Positions 1 through 9,288 of a stretch of 20,000 bases of DNA are shown here, one piece after another. This DNA is from an uncultured virus (IMG/VR IMGVR_UViG_3300031813_001387) (lineage: Duplodnaviria; Heunggongvirae; Uroviricota; Caudoviricetes), in IMG/VR virus record IMGVR_UViG_3300031813_001387; one strand, given 5' to 3'. The stretch's first letter is position 1, and every line of letters starts with the position of its first letter. A model generated the notes under the pieces. It was not told where the DNA came from and searched no databases. It saw only the letters and a program-made list of their open reading frames with translations. The position numbers and the translations under genes were made by a program.

Positions 1-2105
1 GTGAGGTGGGCCTGGATCGCCTTGCCGACGGCGTCCGAGCAGGAGAGCACCTTGTTGTCGCCAAAGCCGGTGGGCGAGTGGCAGGAGATGCCCAGCAGCT
101 GCTTCACGACGCTCCTCCCCTGGATGCCGCTCCTCCAGGCCAGGGAGACCATGCGGCCGATCGCCTCGCACTGCGAGGCCGCGCAGCCGCCCGCCTTGCC
201 CATGGTGGTGAACACCTCGAAGAGCCCCGTGTTGTCCTCGTTGATGGTGATGTAGAGCGGGCCGCAGCCGGTCTGCATCTGGTAGGTCCACCCCTTGAGC
301 GCCTTGGGACGCTCGCGCTTGGCGGTGCGCTTCTCCTCGACGTGGGCCGGGACGACCGCCACCGGCGCCTCCTCCTTCTTGCCGACCGACAGCACCTGCT
401 CGTCGCGCGAGCCGTCGCGGTAGATGGTGACCCCTTTGCAGTTGCTCTGGTAGGCGAGCCGGTACACCTTCTCCACGTCCTCCATGGTGGCGTCGTTGGG
501 GAAGTTGACCGTCTTGGAGACCGCGTTGTCCGTGTGCTTCTGGAAGGCGGCCTGCATGGAGATGTGCACCTCGGGGGTGATGTCGTGTGCCGTCACGAAG
601 ATCTCGCGGATCGCTTCCGGGATCTCGGTGATGTCGTGGATGGTGCCGTGCTCGGCGATCCGCTGCATGAGCGCCTCGGAGTAGAACCCTTCCGCCTTGG
701 CGATTCTTTCGAAGAGCGGGTTCACTTCCACCAGGATGTTCTTGTCCATGACCTGGCGCACGTAGGAGACCGCGAAGAGCGGCTCCACCCCTGAGGAGGA
801 GTTGGCGATGATGGAGATGGTCCCGGTCGGGGCGATGGTGGTGACCGTCGCGTTGCGGATCGGCGCCGCGCCCGGACGGTCGTAGGTGGAGCCCTTGTAG
901 TTGGGGAACGCCCCGCGGGTGACCGCCAGCGCGCGGGAGGCGGCGTGCCCCTCGTCGTTGATGAACTTCATGGTCTGCTCGCCCAGCTTGATCGCCTCGG
1001 GGGAGTCATAGGCGATGCCGAGCATGATCAGCATGTCCGCCCAGCCCATGACGCCCAGGCCGATCTTGCGGTTGGAGCGGGTCATCTCGTCGATCTGGGG
1101 CAGCGGGTAGTTGTTCACCTCGATGACGTTGTCCAGGAAGTGGACCGCCAGGTGGATGACTTCCTTCAACCGGTCCCAGTTCACCCGGCCGTGGGTCACC
1201 ATCTTGCCCAAGTTGATGGAGCCCAGGTTGCAGGACTCGTAGGGGAGCAGCGGCTGCTCGCCGCAGGGGTTGGTCGACTCGATCTCGCCTATGTGCGGGG
1301 TCGGGTTGTCCTTGTTGAGGCGGTCCAGGAAGATGATCCCCGGCTCGCCGTTCTCCCAGGCCTGCTTCACGATGCGGTTGAACACCTTGCGGGCGTTCTG
1401 GGTACCCATCTGCTTCTTGTCGCGCGGGTTGAAGAGGGCGTAGTCCTGGTCCGCGTCCACCGCCTTCATGAACGCCTCGGTGATGCCGACCGAGATGTTG
1501 AAGTTGTTCAGCTGGCGCTGGTCCGCCTTGCACATGATGAAGTTCATGATGTCCGGGTGGTCCACGCGCAGGATCGCCATGTTGGCGCCGCGGCGGGTGC
1601 CGCCCTGCTTGATGGTCTCGGTAGCGATGTCGAAGACCCTCATGAAGGAGAGCGGGCCGGAAGAGATGCCGGTCGTCGACATGACCACGTCGTTGGCGGG
1701 ACGCAGGCGCGAGAAGGAGAAGCCGGTGCCGCCGCCGGACTTGTGGATCAGCGCGGTGTACTTCACCGCCTCGAAGATCTCCTCCATGGAGTCGCCCACC
1801 GGCAGCACGAAGCAGGCGGAGAGCTGGCCCAGCTCGCGCCCGGCGTTCATCAGGGTCGGCGAGTTGGGGAGGAACTCGAAGTTGGTCATGATGTGGTAGA
1901 ACTGGTCGGAGAGCGCCCCCAGGTCGGCCTTGGCGTCGAAGGTGGCGTCAGCCGCGGCGATGGAGGCCGCCACGCGCCGGAACATGTCGGCCGGGGTCTC
2001 CAGGGTCTTGCCGCTGGTGTCCCGCTTCAGGTAGCGCTTCTCGAGCACCGTCAACGCGTTTTTGGAGAGTCCCGGGATGGCGCCTTTGTCGACTGGTTTC
2101 TTCAT
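1..2105 (-). CDS. nrdJ: Adenosylcobalamin-dependent (class II) ribonucleotide reductase with C-terminal TSCPD-like domain; 3' end runs off the window
   Basis: Hand translation of the minus strand from ATG 2105 gives MKKPVDKGAIPGLSKNALTVLEKRYLKRD..., with motifs FLPNSPTLMNAG, GGGTGFSFS, NPCGEQPL, TIAPTGTIS and C-terminal TGCGPLYITIN...SCSDA. AAGGAG RBS upstream. Absent from the ORF track because no stop codon lies in the window. Confidence 0.95.
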   Translation of the reverse strand, partial: MKKPVDKGAIPGLSKNALTVLEKRYLKRDTSGKTLETPADMFRRVAASIAAADATFDAKADLGALSDQFYHIMTNFEFLPNSPTLMNAGRELGQLSACFVLPVGDSMEEIFEAVKYTALIHKSGGGTGFSFSRLRPANDVVMSTTGISSGPLSFMRVFDIATETIKQGGTRRGANMAILRVDHPDIMNFIMCKADQRQLNNFNISVGITEAFMKAVDADQDYALFNPRDKKQMGTQNARKVFNRIVKQAWENGEPGIIFLDRLNKDNPTPHIGEIESTNPCGEQPLLPYESCNLGSINLGKMVTHGRVNWDRLKEVIHLAVHFLDNVIEVNNYPLPQIDEMTRSNRKIGLGVMGWADMLIMLGIAYDSPEAIKLGEQTMKFINDEGHAASRALAVTRGAFPNYKGSTYDRPGAAPIRNATVTTIAPTGTISIIANSSSGVEPLFAVSYVRQVMDKNILVEVNPLFERIAKAEGFYSEALMQRIAEHGTIHDITEIPEAIREIFVTAHDITPEVHISMQAAFQKHTDNAVSKTVNFPNDATMEDVEKVYRLAYQSNCKGVTIYRDGSRDEQVLSVGKKEEAPVAVVPAHVEEKRTAKRERPKALKGWTYQMQTGCGPLYITINEDNTGLFEVFTTMGKAGGCAASQCEAIGRMVSLAWRSGIQGRSVVKQLLGISCHSPTGFGDNKVLSCSDAVGKAIQAHL

Positions 2106-2157
2106 AACGTTTCGTTCTCCTTAGATAAAATAACATGGCAGCATGTCGTGGTTCTCG

Positions 2158-2204
2158 ATACCACATTTAGTGGACGCCGAGGAATAAACCACAACATCTA
2201 TGGC
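2158..2204. promoter_or_regulatory. Tandem NrdR boxes
   Basis: ATACCACATTTAGTGG (2158-2173) and CCACAACATCTATGGC (2189-2204) resemble the consensus acaCwAtATaTwGtgt. They are 31 bp apart and directly upstream of nrdJ. Confidence 0.75.
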
Positions 2205-2341
2205 AAGTCAAGAAATTATAGATTAAAATTCCGGGGCCGCCGAAAAAGCTTGGCGCGCCGCTGGGGGCGAGCCTTCGCGATAGACAAGGGAGCCCTCCCT
2301 GTGCTATTGATATCGGGAGATTTTCCGGTGCCGGGAGAGCG

Positions 2342-3409
2342 ATGACGGAGCGTGCTGACAGCAAGAGGGAGGCGCTTGAGTCCCAGGTGAGGGGGCTCAA
2401 GGACCTGATCGAGGTAGCCAAGGCGGTGGTCTCCACCCTGGACCTCGACACGGTGCTGCAGGCGATCCTGACCTCCGCCATGGGGATTGCCGAGACCCCG
2501 GCCGGCTCCGTCGCCCTGTTCGACGACGCCAAGCGGGAGCTGGCGCTGCACGCCCACGCGGGTCTCTCCGCGGCCTTCGTCAGGACCGAGCGCTGGAGGG
2601 TGCAGCCGGGTGGGCTCACCGACCAGGTGCTGGGGGGGGGCGAGATCTTCATCATAGAGGAGACCCGGAGCGCCACCTTCTTCAACAACCCGATCGCGCT
2701 GAACGAGGGGATCCGCTCGCTGGTCTGCGTGCCGCTGGTGTTCCAGAGCCGGATCCTCGGGATCCTCTACCTGGACGACTTCGCGCCGCGCCAGTTCGAC
2801 CGCGAGAAGCTGAACCTACTGGCCATACTCGCCTCCTTCGCCGCCATGGCGATCCACAACGCGACGCTGCACAAGCGGACCAAGCTGATGGCGATCACCG
2901 ACGCGTTGACCGGGCTGCACAACCACCGCTACTTCAAGACCTACTTCAGGCGGGAGATGGGGCGCGCCCAGCGCTATCACAAGCCCTTTTCCATCATCAT
3001 GATGGACGTCGACGACTTCAAGTCCTTCAACGACAGTTTCGGGCACGCGGTCGGCGACCGCATCCTGCAGGTCCTGGGGGAGGTCATCATGGAGACGGTG
3101 CGCGGGGTCGACGTCGCCTTTCGCTACGGCGGCGAGGAGTTCATCGTGCTGCTCCCCGAAACGAGGCTGGACAAGGCGATCCTGGCGGCCGAGCGGCTGC
3201 GCGAGGCGGTCCAGACCGGCACGACGGGGAGGCTGACCGGTCCGGCCGGAGCCGGGGTCACCGTCAGCATCGGCGTGGCGAGCTACCCGGAGAACGCCGA
3301 CAAGACGGACGAGCTCTTCAACATCGTCGATTCCCTGCTCTACCGGGCCAAGCGCTGCGGCAAGAACAAGGTCTATCATCAGGAAAGCCTGCTGATCCCC
3401 ACCTCATGA
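2342..3409 (+). CDS. GAF sensor-containing diguanylate cyclase (GGDEF)
   Basis: N-terminal GAF domain (LDLDTVLQAIL...IRSLVCVPL...GILYL), then TDALTGLHN, DVDDFK, an RGVD I-site 5 aa before an intact GGEEF, and SIGVA. Confidence 0.93.
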   Translation: MTERADSKREALESQVRGLKDLIEVAKAVVSTLDLDTVLQAILTSAMGIAETPAGSVALFDDAKRELALHAHAGLSAAFVRTERWRVQPGGLTDQVLGGGEIFIIEETRSATFFNNPIALNEGIRSLVCVPLVFQSRILGILYLDDFAPRQFDREKLNLLAILASFAAMAIHNATLHKRTKLMAITDALTGLHNHRYFKTYFRREMGRAQRYHKPFSIIMMDVDDFKSFNDSFGHAVGDRILQVLGEVIMETVRGVDVAFRYGGEEFIVLLPETRLDKAILAAERLREAVQTGTTGRLTGPAGAGVTVSIGVASYPENADKTDELFNIVDSLLYRAKRCGKNKVYHQESLLIPTS

Positions 3410-4545
3410 TCCGATATCCCCGACCTGCCATAGCCGGGCTTTTGCTGGCACTCCTGCTGCTGGGCGTGTCCGCCCCGGGCCGGGCGGCCGGCGCCGCGCC
3501 CGTCTCCGCCGCGAGTCCCGTCCCCGGGCCGCCCCGGGCCGAGGCGGCCGGCGGCCCCGCGCTGGTCTACGGCGACCAGGTGCTGGGGGAGGACACCGTC
3601 TGGCGCGGCGAGGTGCTGGTGGAGGGGGTGCTGGCGGTCGCCCCGCAGGCGACCCTGAGCGTCGAGCCGGGGACCGTTGTGCGCTTTCGGCGCAAGGGGG
3701 CCCAGGCGCCGCTCCTCGTGGTGCAGGGTCGCCTGGTCGCCGCTGGGACCAGGGAGACCCCCGTCCTGTTCACCTCCAACTATGCCGCCCCCGCGCCGGG
3801 CGACTGGCAGGGGATCCTGCTCTTGGGGAGCGAGAAGAAGAACCAGCTGGAGAACTGCCGCGTCGAGGGGGCCGAGACCGGGATCGAGGCGCTCTACTCC
3901 AGCGTCAGCCTCAAGGGGGTCTGGGTGCAGCTCAGCGGGACCGGGATGAGGTTTCAGGACGCCCTGGTGACCGGCGACGGCGGGGGGGCCTCCGATTGCG
4001 ACACCGCCCTGCGCCTGTACGAGAGCGAGGCGACCCTGCGCAACCTGAGCCTGACCGGGAACCGCCAGGGGGTGGTGGCCCAGGGGAGTTCCGTCGTCCT
4101 TTTGGAGGGGAACCTGACCGGCAACAAGGAGGGCGCCTTCAGCGCCGAGAACTGCCGGGTGAAGGTCCAGGGGGGGGCGCAGATGGGGAACGGCAGCGGC
4201 CTGACCCTGATGGGAAGCGAGGGGAGCGTCACCGGAGTGAAGCTGGTGCAGAACAGGGAGTACGGCATTTCCCTGGCGGCCTCGCGGGTGAAGGTGAGCG
4301 GCAACCAGATTTCCGGCAATGGCAACAACGGGATGGTCGTCTCCGATGGCGCCGCCGTCGCCTGGGACAACGCCATCTTCGAGAATGCCGGGTACGATCT
4401 CTACCAAACCGGCGTGGAGGAGTTCCGGGCGCCTGCCAACTGGTGGGGAGGCGGGTTGCCGAAGATCTACGACAACGGCGGGCGAGGTCGCGTCCTGTAT
4501 GCCCCGGTCCTCCCGGTCCGCCCGCAGCTGCCCCAGGCGCGTTAA
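3406..4545 (+). CDS. Secreted right-handed parallel beta-helix (NosD/pectin-lyase-like) repeat protein
   Basis: Signal peptide, TLSVEPGTVVRF / L.AAGT.E.P..FTS / DWQGI motifs, repeated xxGNxxG beta-helix turns and C-terminal NWWG. ATGA overlap with the upstream cyclase. Confidence 0.8.
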   Translation: MIRYPRPAIAGLLLALLLLGVSAPGRAAGAAPVSAASPVPGPPRAEAAGGPALVYGDQVLGEDTVWRGEVLVEGVLAVAPQATLSVEPGTVVRFRRKGAQAPLLVVQGRLVAAGTRETPVLFTSNYAAPAPGDWQGILLLGSEKKNQLENCRVEGAETGIEALYSSVSLKGVWVQLSGTGMRFQDALVTGDGGGASDCDTALRLYESEATLRNLSLTGNRQGVVAQGSSVVLLEGNLTGNKEGAFSAENCRVKVQGGAQMGNGSGLTLMGSEGSVTGVKLVQNREYGISLAASRVKVSGNQISGNGNNGMVVSDGAAVAWDNAIFENAGYDLYQTGVEEFRAPANWWGGGLPKIYDNGGRGRVLYAPVLPVRPQLPQAR

Positions 4546-4620
4546 GCGCGTTTACCGCGGCGCGGCTAAGGGAAGTTTAGCCTCCCCGGGAGATCATGAT
4601 AGGCTGGGAGAGACGTTAAG

Positions 4621-4840
4621 CCTCCCCCCTTTGCAAAGGGGGGGCAGGGGGGGCTTCTGGCGGCCAAGGTGTTCCCCAAAGTGTCCTCTCCTTCAGAGGA
4701 GGGTCAGGGAGTGGGGAATGGTGTGAGCCCCTTAAGTCCATGATGTCCTTTAGGTCCTTTAGGTCCTCAAAGCCGTCGTAGCATCAGGCGCAGACACCAG
4801 CAAAAACCCAGAACCGAAAAACCAACACCCAACACCAAAG
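4621..4840. repeat. Intergenic palindromic and short tandem repeats
   Basis: CCCCCCTTTGCAAAGGGGGG palindrome (~4625-4644), GTCCTTTAG nonamer repeats (~4745-4767), and A/C-rich ~7-mer repeats (4803-4840). Confidence 0.5.
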
Positions 4841-4895
4841 AAAGGCGATGGTCCCGCCCGGGGCACGCCGGTAAACCAAAAAGGATGGAGCAGTC

Positions 4896-5615
4896 ATGAT
4901 ACGCAGAGAAGGCCGCGCGGCCGACGCCTTACGGGAAGTCAAAATCACCAGGAATTACCTGAAGCATGCCGAAGGGTCGGTGCTGGTCGAGTTCGGGGAC
5001 ACCAAAGTCATTTGCAACGCGACCGTAGAGGGGCGCGTCCCCTCCTTCCTGAAGGGGAAGGGGACCGGCTGGGTGACCGCCGAGTACTGCATGCTGCCGC
5101 GCGCCACGCACACCAGGAACCAGCGCGAGTCCTCCAAGGGGAAGCTCACCGGGCGCACCCACGAGATCCAGCGCCTGATCGGCCGTTCGCTGCGCGCCGT
5201 CGTCGATCTGCAGCTCTTGGGCGAGCGTTCCGTCCTCATCGACTGCGACGTGATCCAGGCAGACGGCGGCACCCGCACCGCCTCCATCACCGGAGCCTAC
5301 GTGGCGCTGGCCGACGCCTTCCAGACCCTGGTGGACAGCGGCGAGATAGCCCAGAGCCCGCTGCGCGAGGCCGTCGCTGCGATCAGCGTCGGGATCGTGG
5401 ACGGCGTCCCCTTTCTCGACCTCGACTACCCGGAAGACTCCGGCGCCGAAGTCGACATGAACTTCGTCATGACCTCCTCCATGCGCTTTGTCGAGGTGCA
5501 GGGGACCGCCGAGGCCGAGCCCTTCACCCTGGAGCAGATGGACGCCATGCGCGGCCACGCCATGCTGGGGCTCACCCGGCTCTTCGAGATCCAGAGGGAG
5601 GCGCTGCGGGGATGA
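4896..5615 (+). CDS. rph: Ribonuclease PH
   Basis: [64 protein letters not shown] and EVQGTAE motifs. Confidence 0.98.
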   Translation: MIRREGRAADALREVKITRNYLKHAEGSVLVEFGDTKVICNATVEGRVPSFLKGKGTGWVTAEYCMLPRATHTRNQRESSKGKLTGRTHEIQRLIGRSLRAVVDLQLLGERSVLIDCDVIQADGGTRTASITGAYVALADAFQTLVDSGEIAQSPLREAVAAISVGIVDGVPFLDLDYPEDSGAEVDMNFVMTSSMRFVEVQGTAEAEPFTLEQMDAMRGHAMLGLTRLFEIQREALRG

Positions 5616-6199
5616 AGGAGCTGCTGGTTGCCTCAGGAAACAAGGGGAAGCTGCGCGAGTTCGGCGAGTTGTTGAAAGGGGTCGTCGGCAGCATCCTGTC
5701 GCCCGCCGATTTCCCCGGCCTGCCCGAGGTGGAGGAGGACGGCGCCAGCTTCGAGGAGAACGCCATCAAGAAGGCCCTCAGCGCGGCCCGCTTCACCGGT
5801 CGGCCCGTGCTGGCCGACGATTCCGGCCTCTGCGTGGATTTCCTCGGGGGGCGGCCCGGCGTGTATTCCGCGCGCTTTGCCGGCGAGGGGGCGAGCGATG
5901 CCGACAACAACGCGCTGCTGCTGCGCGAGCTTGAGGGGGTCCCCGCAGGCGAGCGTGGCGGCGCCTTCCACTGCGTCATAGCGCTTTGCCAGCCCGACGG
6001 CAGCTGTCAGACCTTCGACGGCTCCCTTCCGGGAGTCATCCTGGAGGCGCCGCGCGGTGAGGGCGGGTTCGGTTACGACCCACTTTTCCTGGTGCCCGAG
6101 TACGGCCAGACCTTTTCCGAGTTGCCGCTGGAGATCAAGAACACCATCAGCCACCGGGGCCGTGCCATGCAGCAGCTGAAGGCGGCCCTGTCCGCCTAA
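5612..6199 (+). CDS. rdgB: Non-canonical purine NTP pyrophosphatase (XTP/dITP diphosphatase, HAM1 family)
   Basis: [57 protein letters not shown]. True start is ATG 5612 (ATGA overlap with rph), not 5012 as in the ORF track. Confidence 0.97.
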   Translation: MKELLVASGNKGKLREFGELLKGVVGSILSPADFPGLPEVEEDGASFEENAIKKALSAARFTGRPVLADDSGLCVDFLGGRPGVYSARFAGEGASDADNNALLLRELEGVPAGERGGAFHCVIALCQPDGSCQTFDGSLPGVILEAPRGEGGFGYDPLFLVPEYGQTFSELPLEIKNTISHRGRAMQQLKAALSA

Positions 6200-6202
6200 G
6201 AT

Positions 6203-6648
6203 TTCGCCCGCCCCTCGCCCTCCGGGAGAGGGTGGCCGGAGGCCGGGAGAGGGAAGTCTTTGACTTTAAGCAGTTGAGTTCTCTGGTTGGCCTCAGGCCG
6301 ATTCCGTAGGGGCGAATCATCATTCGCCCGCCCCTCGCCCTCCGGGAGAGGGTGGCCGTAGGCCGGGAGAGGGAAGCCTTTGACGTTCGGCAGTTGGGTA
6401 CCCCGGTTGGCCTCAGGCCGATTCCGTAGGGGCGAATCATCATTCGCCCGCCCCTCGCCCTCCGGGAGAGGGTGGCCGTAGGCCGGGAGAGGGAAGCCTT
6501 TGACTTTAAAAAGCAGTTGAGTTCCCCGGTTGGCCCCAGGCCGATTCCGTAGGGGCGAATCATCATTCGCCCGCCCCTCGCCCTCCGGGAGAGGGTGGCC
6601 GGAGGCCGGGAGAGGGAATCCTTTGACGTTCGGCAGTTGGGTTCCCTG
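6203..6648. repeat. Tandem ~120-bp REP/BIME-like array (3.7 copies)
   Basis: Units start at 6203, 6323, 6443 and 6566. Each has CCCCTCGCCCTCCGGGAGAGGG...GGGAGAGGG; the three complete units end in a GTAG-GGGCGAAT-catc-ATTCGCCC palindrome that runs into the next unit (GTAG at 6306, 6426, 6549). Confidence 0.9.
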
Positions 6649-6714
6649 GGAGCGGCAATGGAACCTGGACGAATCCGCTCAAGATTAAAACAGTCAAAAA
6701 GTCGTGTAAAAAGC

Positions 6715-6743
6715 TTGCGCGAGGTAGGTAGCTATGATATAAG
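6715..6743 (+). promoter_or_regulatory. Putative sigma70 promoter of the tRNA operon
   Basis: TTGCGC-17 bp-TATAAG with a TG extended -10 and an A-rich upstream tract, 14 bp before tRNA-Pro. Confidence 0.5.
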
Positions 6744-6757
6744 GTTGTTTCTTGAAT

Positions 6758-6835
6758 CGGGGTGTAGCGCAGCCTGGCTAGCGCACCTGCCTTGGGAGCA
6801 GGGGGCCGGAGGTTCGAATCCTCTCACCCCGACCA
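6758..6835 (+). tRNA. tRNA-Pro(TGG)
   Basis: Acceptor CGGGGTG/CACCCCG, anticodon arm CCTGC-ctTGGga-GCAGG, GGTTCGAATCC T arm, encoded CCA. Confidence 0.97.
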
Positions 6836-6852
6836 CTCAAGTGCTTGACTCT

Positions 6853-6929
6853 GCGCCTGTAGCTCAGCTGGATAGAGCAACGGCCTTCTAAGCCGTAGGT
6901 CAGAGGTTCGAACCCTCTCAGGCGTACCA
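6853..6929 (+). tRNA. tRNA-Arg(TCT)
   Basis: Acceptor GCGCCTG/CAGGCGT, anticodon arm ACGGC-ctTCTaa-GCCGT, GTTCGAA T loop, CCA. Confidence 0.97.
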
Positions 6930-6945
6930 AACTACAATCAAATAT

Positions 6946-7022
6946 GGTGGATATGGTGAAGTGGTAAACACAAACGACTGTGACTCGTTCATACGTGGGT
7001 TCGACCCCCACTATCCACCCCA
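6946..7022 (+). tRNA. tRNA-His(GTG), including G-1; integration target
   Basis: Acceptor GGTGGATA/TATCCACC, anticodon arm AACGA-ctGTGac-TCGTT, GTTCGAC T loop, CCA. Confidence 0.96.
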
Positions 7023-7027
7023 ATTTT
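7006..7027 (+). repeat. attL core (CCCCACTATCCACCCCAATTTT)
   Basis: Identical to 15989-16010; overlaps the tRNA-His T stem and acceptor end. Confidence 0.93.
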
Positions 7028-7110
7028 TGAGCAACTACTTAGAATTCAAGTAGTAAATAGAGGCTTACTTCCGAATCAGCCCCATTTTGGGCTACAAGGA
7101 GTAAGCCTTT

Positions 7111-8922
7111 ATGCGTTTCGCCTACCTAGTCCAGCGAGGCAGTAAGTTCTATTTTCAGTGCAGAATCCCCGCCGATGTGAAACGCTACTTCCCCTGTGCC
7201 CAAATCAAAAAATCACTGAAAACCACGAACCCTAAGCAGGCTTCGACGCTGGTAAGAGGGTTGACTGCGAAGACGGAGAAACTTTTCTTTATGGCACGTT
7301 CCGGCCTGCTGACACCGAAGCTGATAGAAAGCCTTGTTCAGGAGTACATGGCTACCATGCTTGACCAGGATAAGCGAGATCGCTACGGCGTTACTGAAAA
7401 TGCCCTGGATGAGGCCGCGCTGCGCATGAATAATGATTTCCGTGAGCGCTACCAGATGGACAACCGGAAGGATTATGAGATGCTGGACGAAGAGACTGGC
7501 GAGGTGGAGGAGGTGTCAGGCGCTCGAAATCTTGCTTCCTACTACCGGGCGCTTGCTATTCGCTACATGGAGCAGGGGCGTAAGCAGGATCATTCAGAGA
7601 TTGCGCCGGTAGCCTCTGCGTTGCTCGCAATCGAGAAGGTGCAGGCGGTTCCAAGTTCGCCAGAATTTCGGATGTTTTGTGATGCCCTGTTAGCCAAGGA
7701 GGTTGAGGTCAACCAGGTGTTAGCGGAACGGGCGGAACGGGGCCTGAGCAATCCTTATGATAAGAGCGTCACATCGGCACCACAGCGCCGTAAAAAGCTG
7801 AGTGCGCTGATTGATAAATACTTTGAGGTCCACACCGGGCACTGGGAGCAGGGAAGCAAGAGGAAGATGGAGGAGCAATTTGGTAAAATCCTGGAACTTA
7901 CCGCCAATCCGTACACTGATGAGATAAACCAAGATATGCTTGTTGAATTGTTCAAGGCGTTGGCGCAGTATCCCAAATACCGAAATCACCCCCATTTGAA
8001 AGGGCTTACTTTGGATGAGTGCAGGATGCACCCAAACTATGAGCCTTTAAACTCCACAACCATAAAACAGACTTGGTTTGCGCTAGGTGGCCTTCTGACA
8101 TACGGAAGTGAAAACGGAGAGTACGGCATAGCTCGCAACTATTGCAGTGACAAAGTGTTCACTGTAAAGAAGAAGGTGCTGGCAAAAGTAAGCAACGACA
8201 CGTTGAAGCGGTTACCCTACAACCATAATGACATCCAGTCGCTAATCAATGAGCTGGGTAAGCTGAGGAAAGCGTTTAACCCGCACATGGTGTGGATACC
8301 GCTGATTGCGCTGTATAGCGGGATGAGGGAAAGCGAAATTTGCCAGCTTTACTGTGATGATATCGTTGTGGTTGACGGTATAGCGTGTTTCCGGTTGCGT
8401 GACTACGAACCGAGAAAGCAAAGTATAAAAAATGAACAAAGCCGCCGAACGATTCCAATTCACCCTACGTTATTGAAGTTAGGTTTCATGGATTTCATTC
8501 AGTCAAGACGCAAACTGAAGTATGAAAGGCCGTGGGAAGACATGAAGTCAAGTAAGATTTTCTATTATGCCAATAGAGACAGCTACTCTCATTATTTTGA
8601 GAAGTGGTACAATGGCACGTTTAGAAAGCGCGTGATCCTGGATGAGGGAGAACGGGAGAAAAAACCGTTTCATTCATTGCGGCATACCTTCATAAACTGG
8701 TTTTTTCAGAATGTGCGTTCGCAGGTTAGGGATAACGCCGCTGTAAAGGGGCTGGTTGGACATCTGGAGTCAGACGAACAGAAGACGATAACCGCAGTGC
8801 TCAAGGGGATCTCTTGGGAGGTATACAGCCAGGAACTAAAGCCGGTGCCTATGCTGGAGACGCTGAGGCTACTAGATTACGATGTAGATCTCTCCCCGCT
8901 GGGATTGCCGTTTAAGTGGTAA
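7111..8922 (+). CDS. Tyrosine integrase with N-terminal DUF6538-like domain
   Basis: N-terminal YLVQRGSKFYFQCRIPADV...IKKSLKT. Catalytic motifs YSGMRESEI, IKNEQSRRTIPIH, FHSLRHT, LVGH and a C-terminal Tyr (EVY). AGGAG RBS; adjacent to attL. Confidence 0.92.
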   Translation: MRFAYLVQRGSKFYFQCRIPADVKRYFPCAQIKKSLKTTNPKQASTLVRGLTAKTEKLFFMARSGLLTPKLIESLVQEYMATMLDQDKRDRYGVTENALDEAALRMNNDFRERYQMDNRKDYEMLDEETGEVEEVSGARNLASYYRALAIRYMEQGRKQDHSEIAPVASALLAIEKVQAVPSSPEFRMFCDALLAKEVEVNQVLAERAERGLSNPYDKSVTSAPQRRKKLSALIDKYFEVHTGHWEQGSKRKMEEQFGKILELTANPYTDEINQDMLVELFKALAQYPKYRNHPHLKGLTLDECRMHPNYEPLNSTTIKQTWFALGGLLTYGSENGEYGIARNYCSDKVFTVKKKVLAKVSNDTLKRLPYNHNDIQSLINELGKLRKAFNPHMVWIPLIALYSGMRESEICQLYCDDIVVVDGIACFRLRDYEPRKQSIKNEQSRRTIPIHPTLLKLGFMDFIQSRRKLKYERPWEDMKSSKIFYYANRDSYSHYFEKWYNGTFRKRVILDEGEREKKPFHSLRHTFINWFFQNVRSQVRDNAAVKGLVGHLESDEQKTITAVLKGISWEVYSQELKPVPMLETLRLLDYDVDLSPLGLPFKW

Positions 8923-9100
8923 CGATATATCTTTTAGTCGTAAGTGGCTGATCTTAAATAAGATTGTTTGGACCCCTAGGGGCGTGGACGCCTCCGTTTC
9001 CGCGATGGGAGAGGCTGAAATATTTGACTCCCGGCCCCCACTAAGTTGCTGTTTTATAAGTATTATTTCTTGCCAGTGCCGGCGTGGGCCTGGAGGATTT

Positions 9101-9244
9101 ATGAGATTGGTTGTTTTCGGGGCCTTGATCCTGGCTCATAGCTGTGCTGCGGTCTGGTTCTACCGGCGTCGCCGGGATCTACTGGCTACGGTCAACATGT
9201 CCTGCGCTACGCTCGCGGTGTACGTGCTGTGGTTTAGGGTCTGA
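9101..9244 (+). CDS. Small (47 aa) two-hydrophobic-segment membrane protein
   Basis: GGAGGA RBS before ATG 9101; MRLVVFGALILAHSCAAVWFY-RRRRD-LLATVNMSCATLAVYVLWFRV; followed directly by a hairpin. Confidence 0.6.
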   Translation: MRLVVFGALILAHSCAAVWFYRRRRDLLATVNMSCATLAVYVLWFRV

Positions 9245-9288
9245 ACGAACAAGGGCCGCTCCCAGATCCAGGAGCGGCCCTTGTTCGT
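9245..9288. terminator. Bidirectional terminator-like hairpin
   Basis: Perfect 18-bp stem ACGAACAAGGGCCGCTCC / GGAGCGGCCCTTGTTCGT with an 8-nt loop. It exactly fills the gap between the convergent stops at 9244 and 9289. Confidence 0.8.

Noticed and set aside
6..2345. Long + strand ORFs 6..794 and 945..2345
   Set aside because: Antisense shadows of high-GC nrdJ, which has clear motifs on the minus strand.
5012..5611. 395-aa N-terminally extended RdgB / fusion
   Set aside because: The extension is an off-frame reading of rph; the real start is ATG 5612.
6203..6648. CRISPR array
   Set aside because: Units are ~120 bp and almost identical throughout, with no unique spacers and no cas genes.
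6147..7023. ORFs 6147..6566, 6595..6891 and 6778..7023 (likewise 15920..16120 and 15942..16361)
   Set aside because: They overlap the repeat array or tRNA genes and are spurious.
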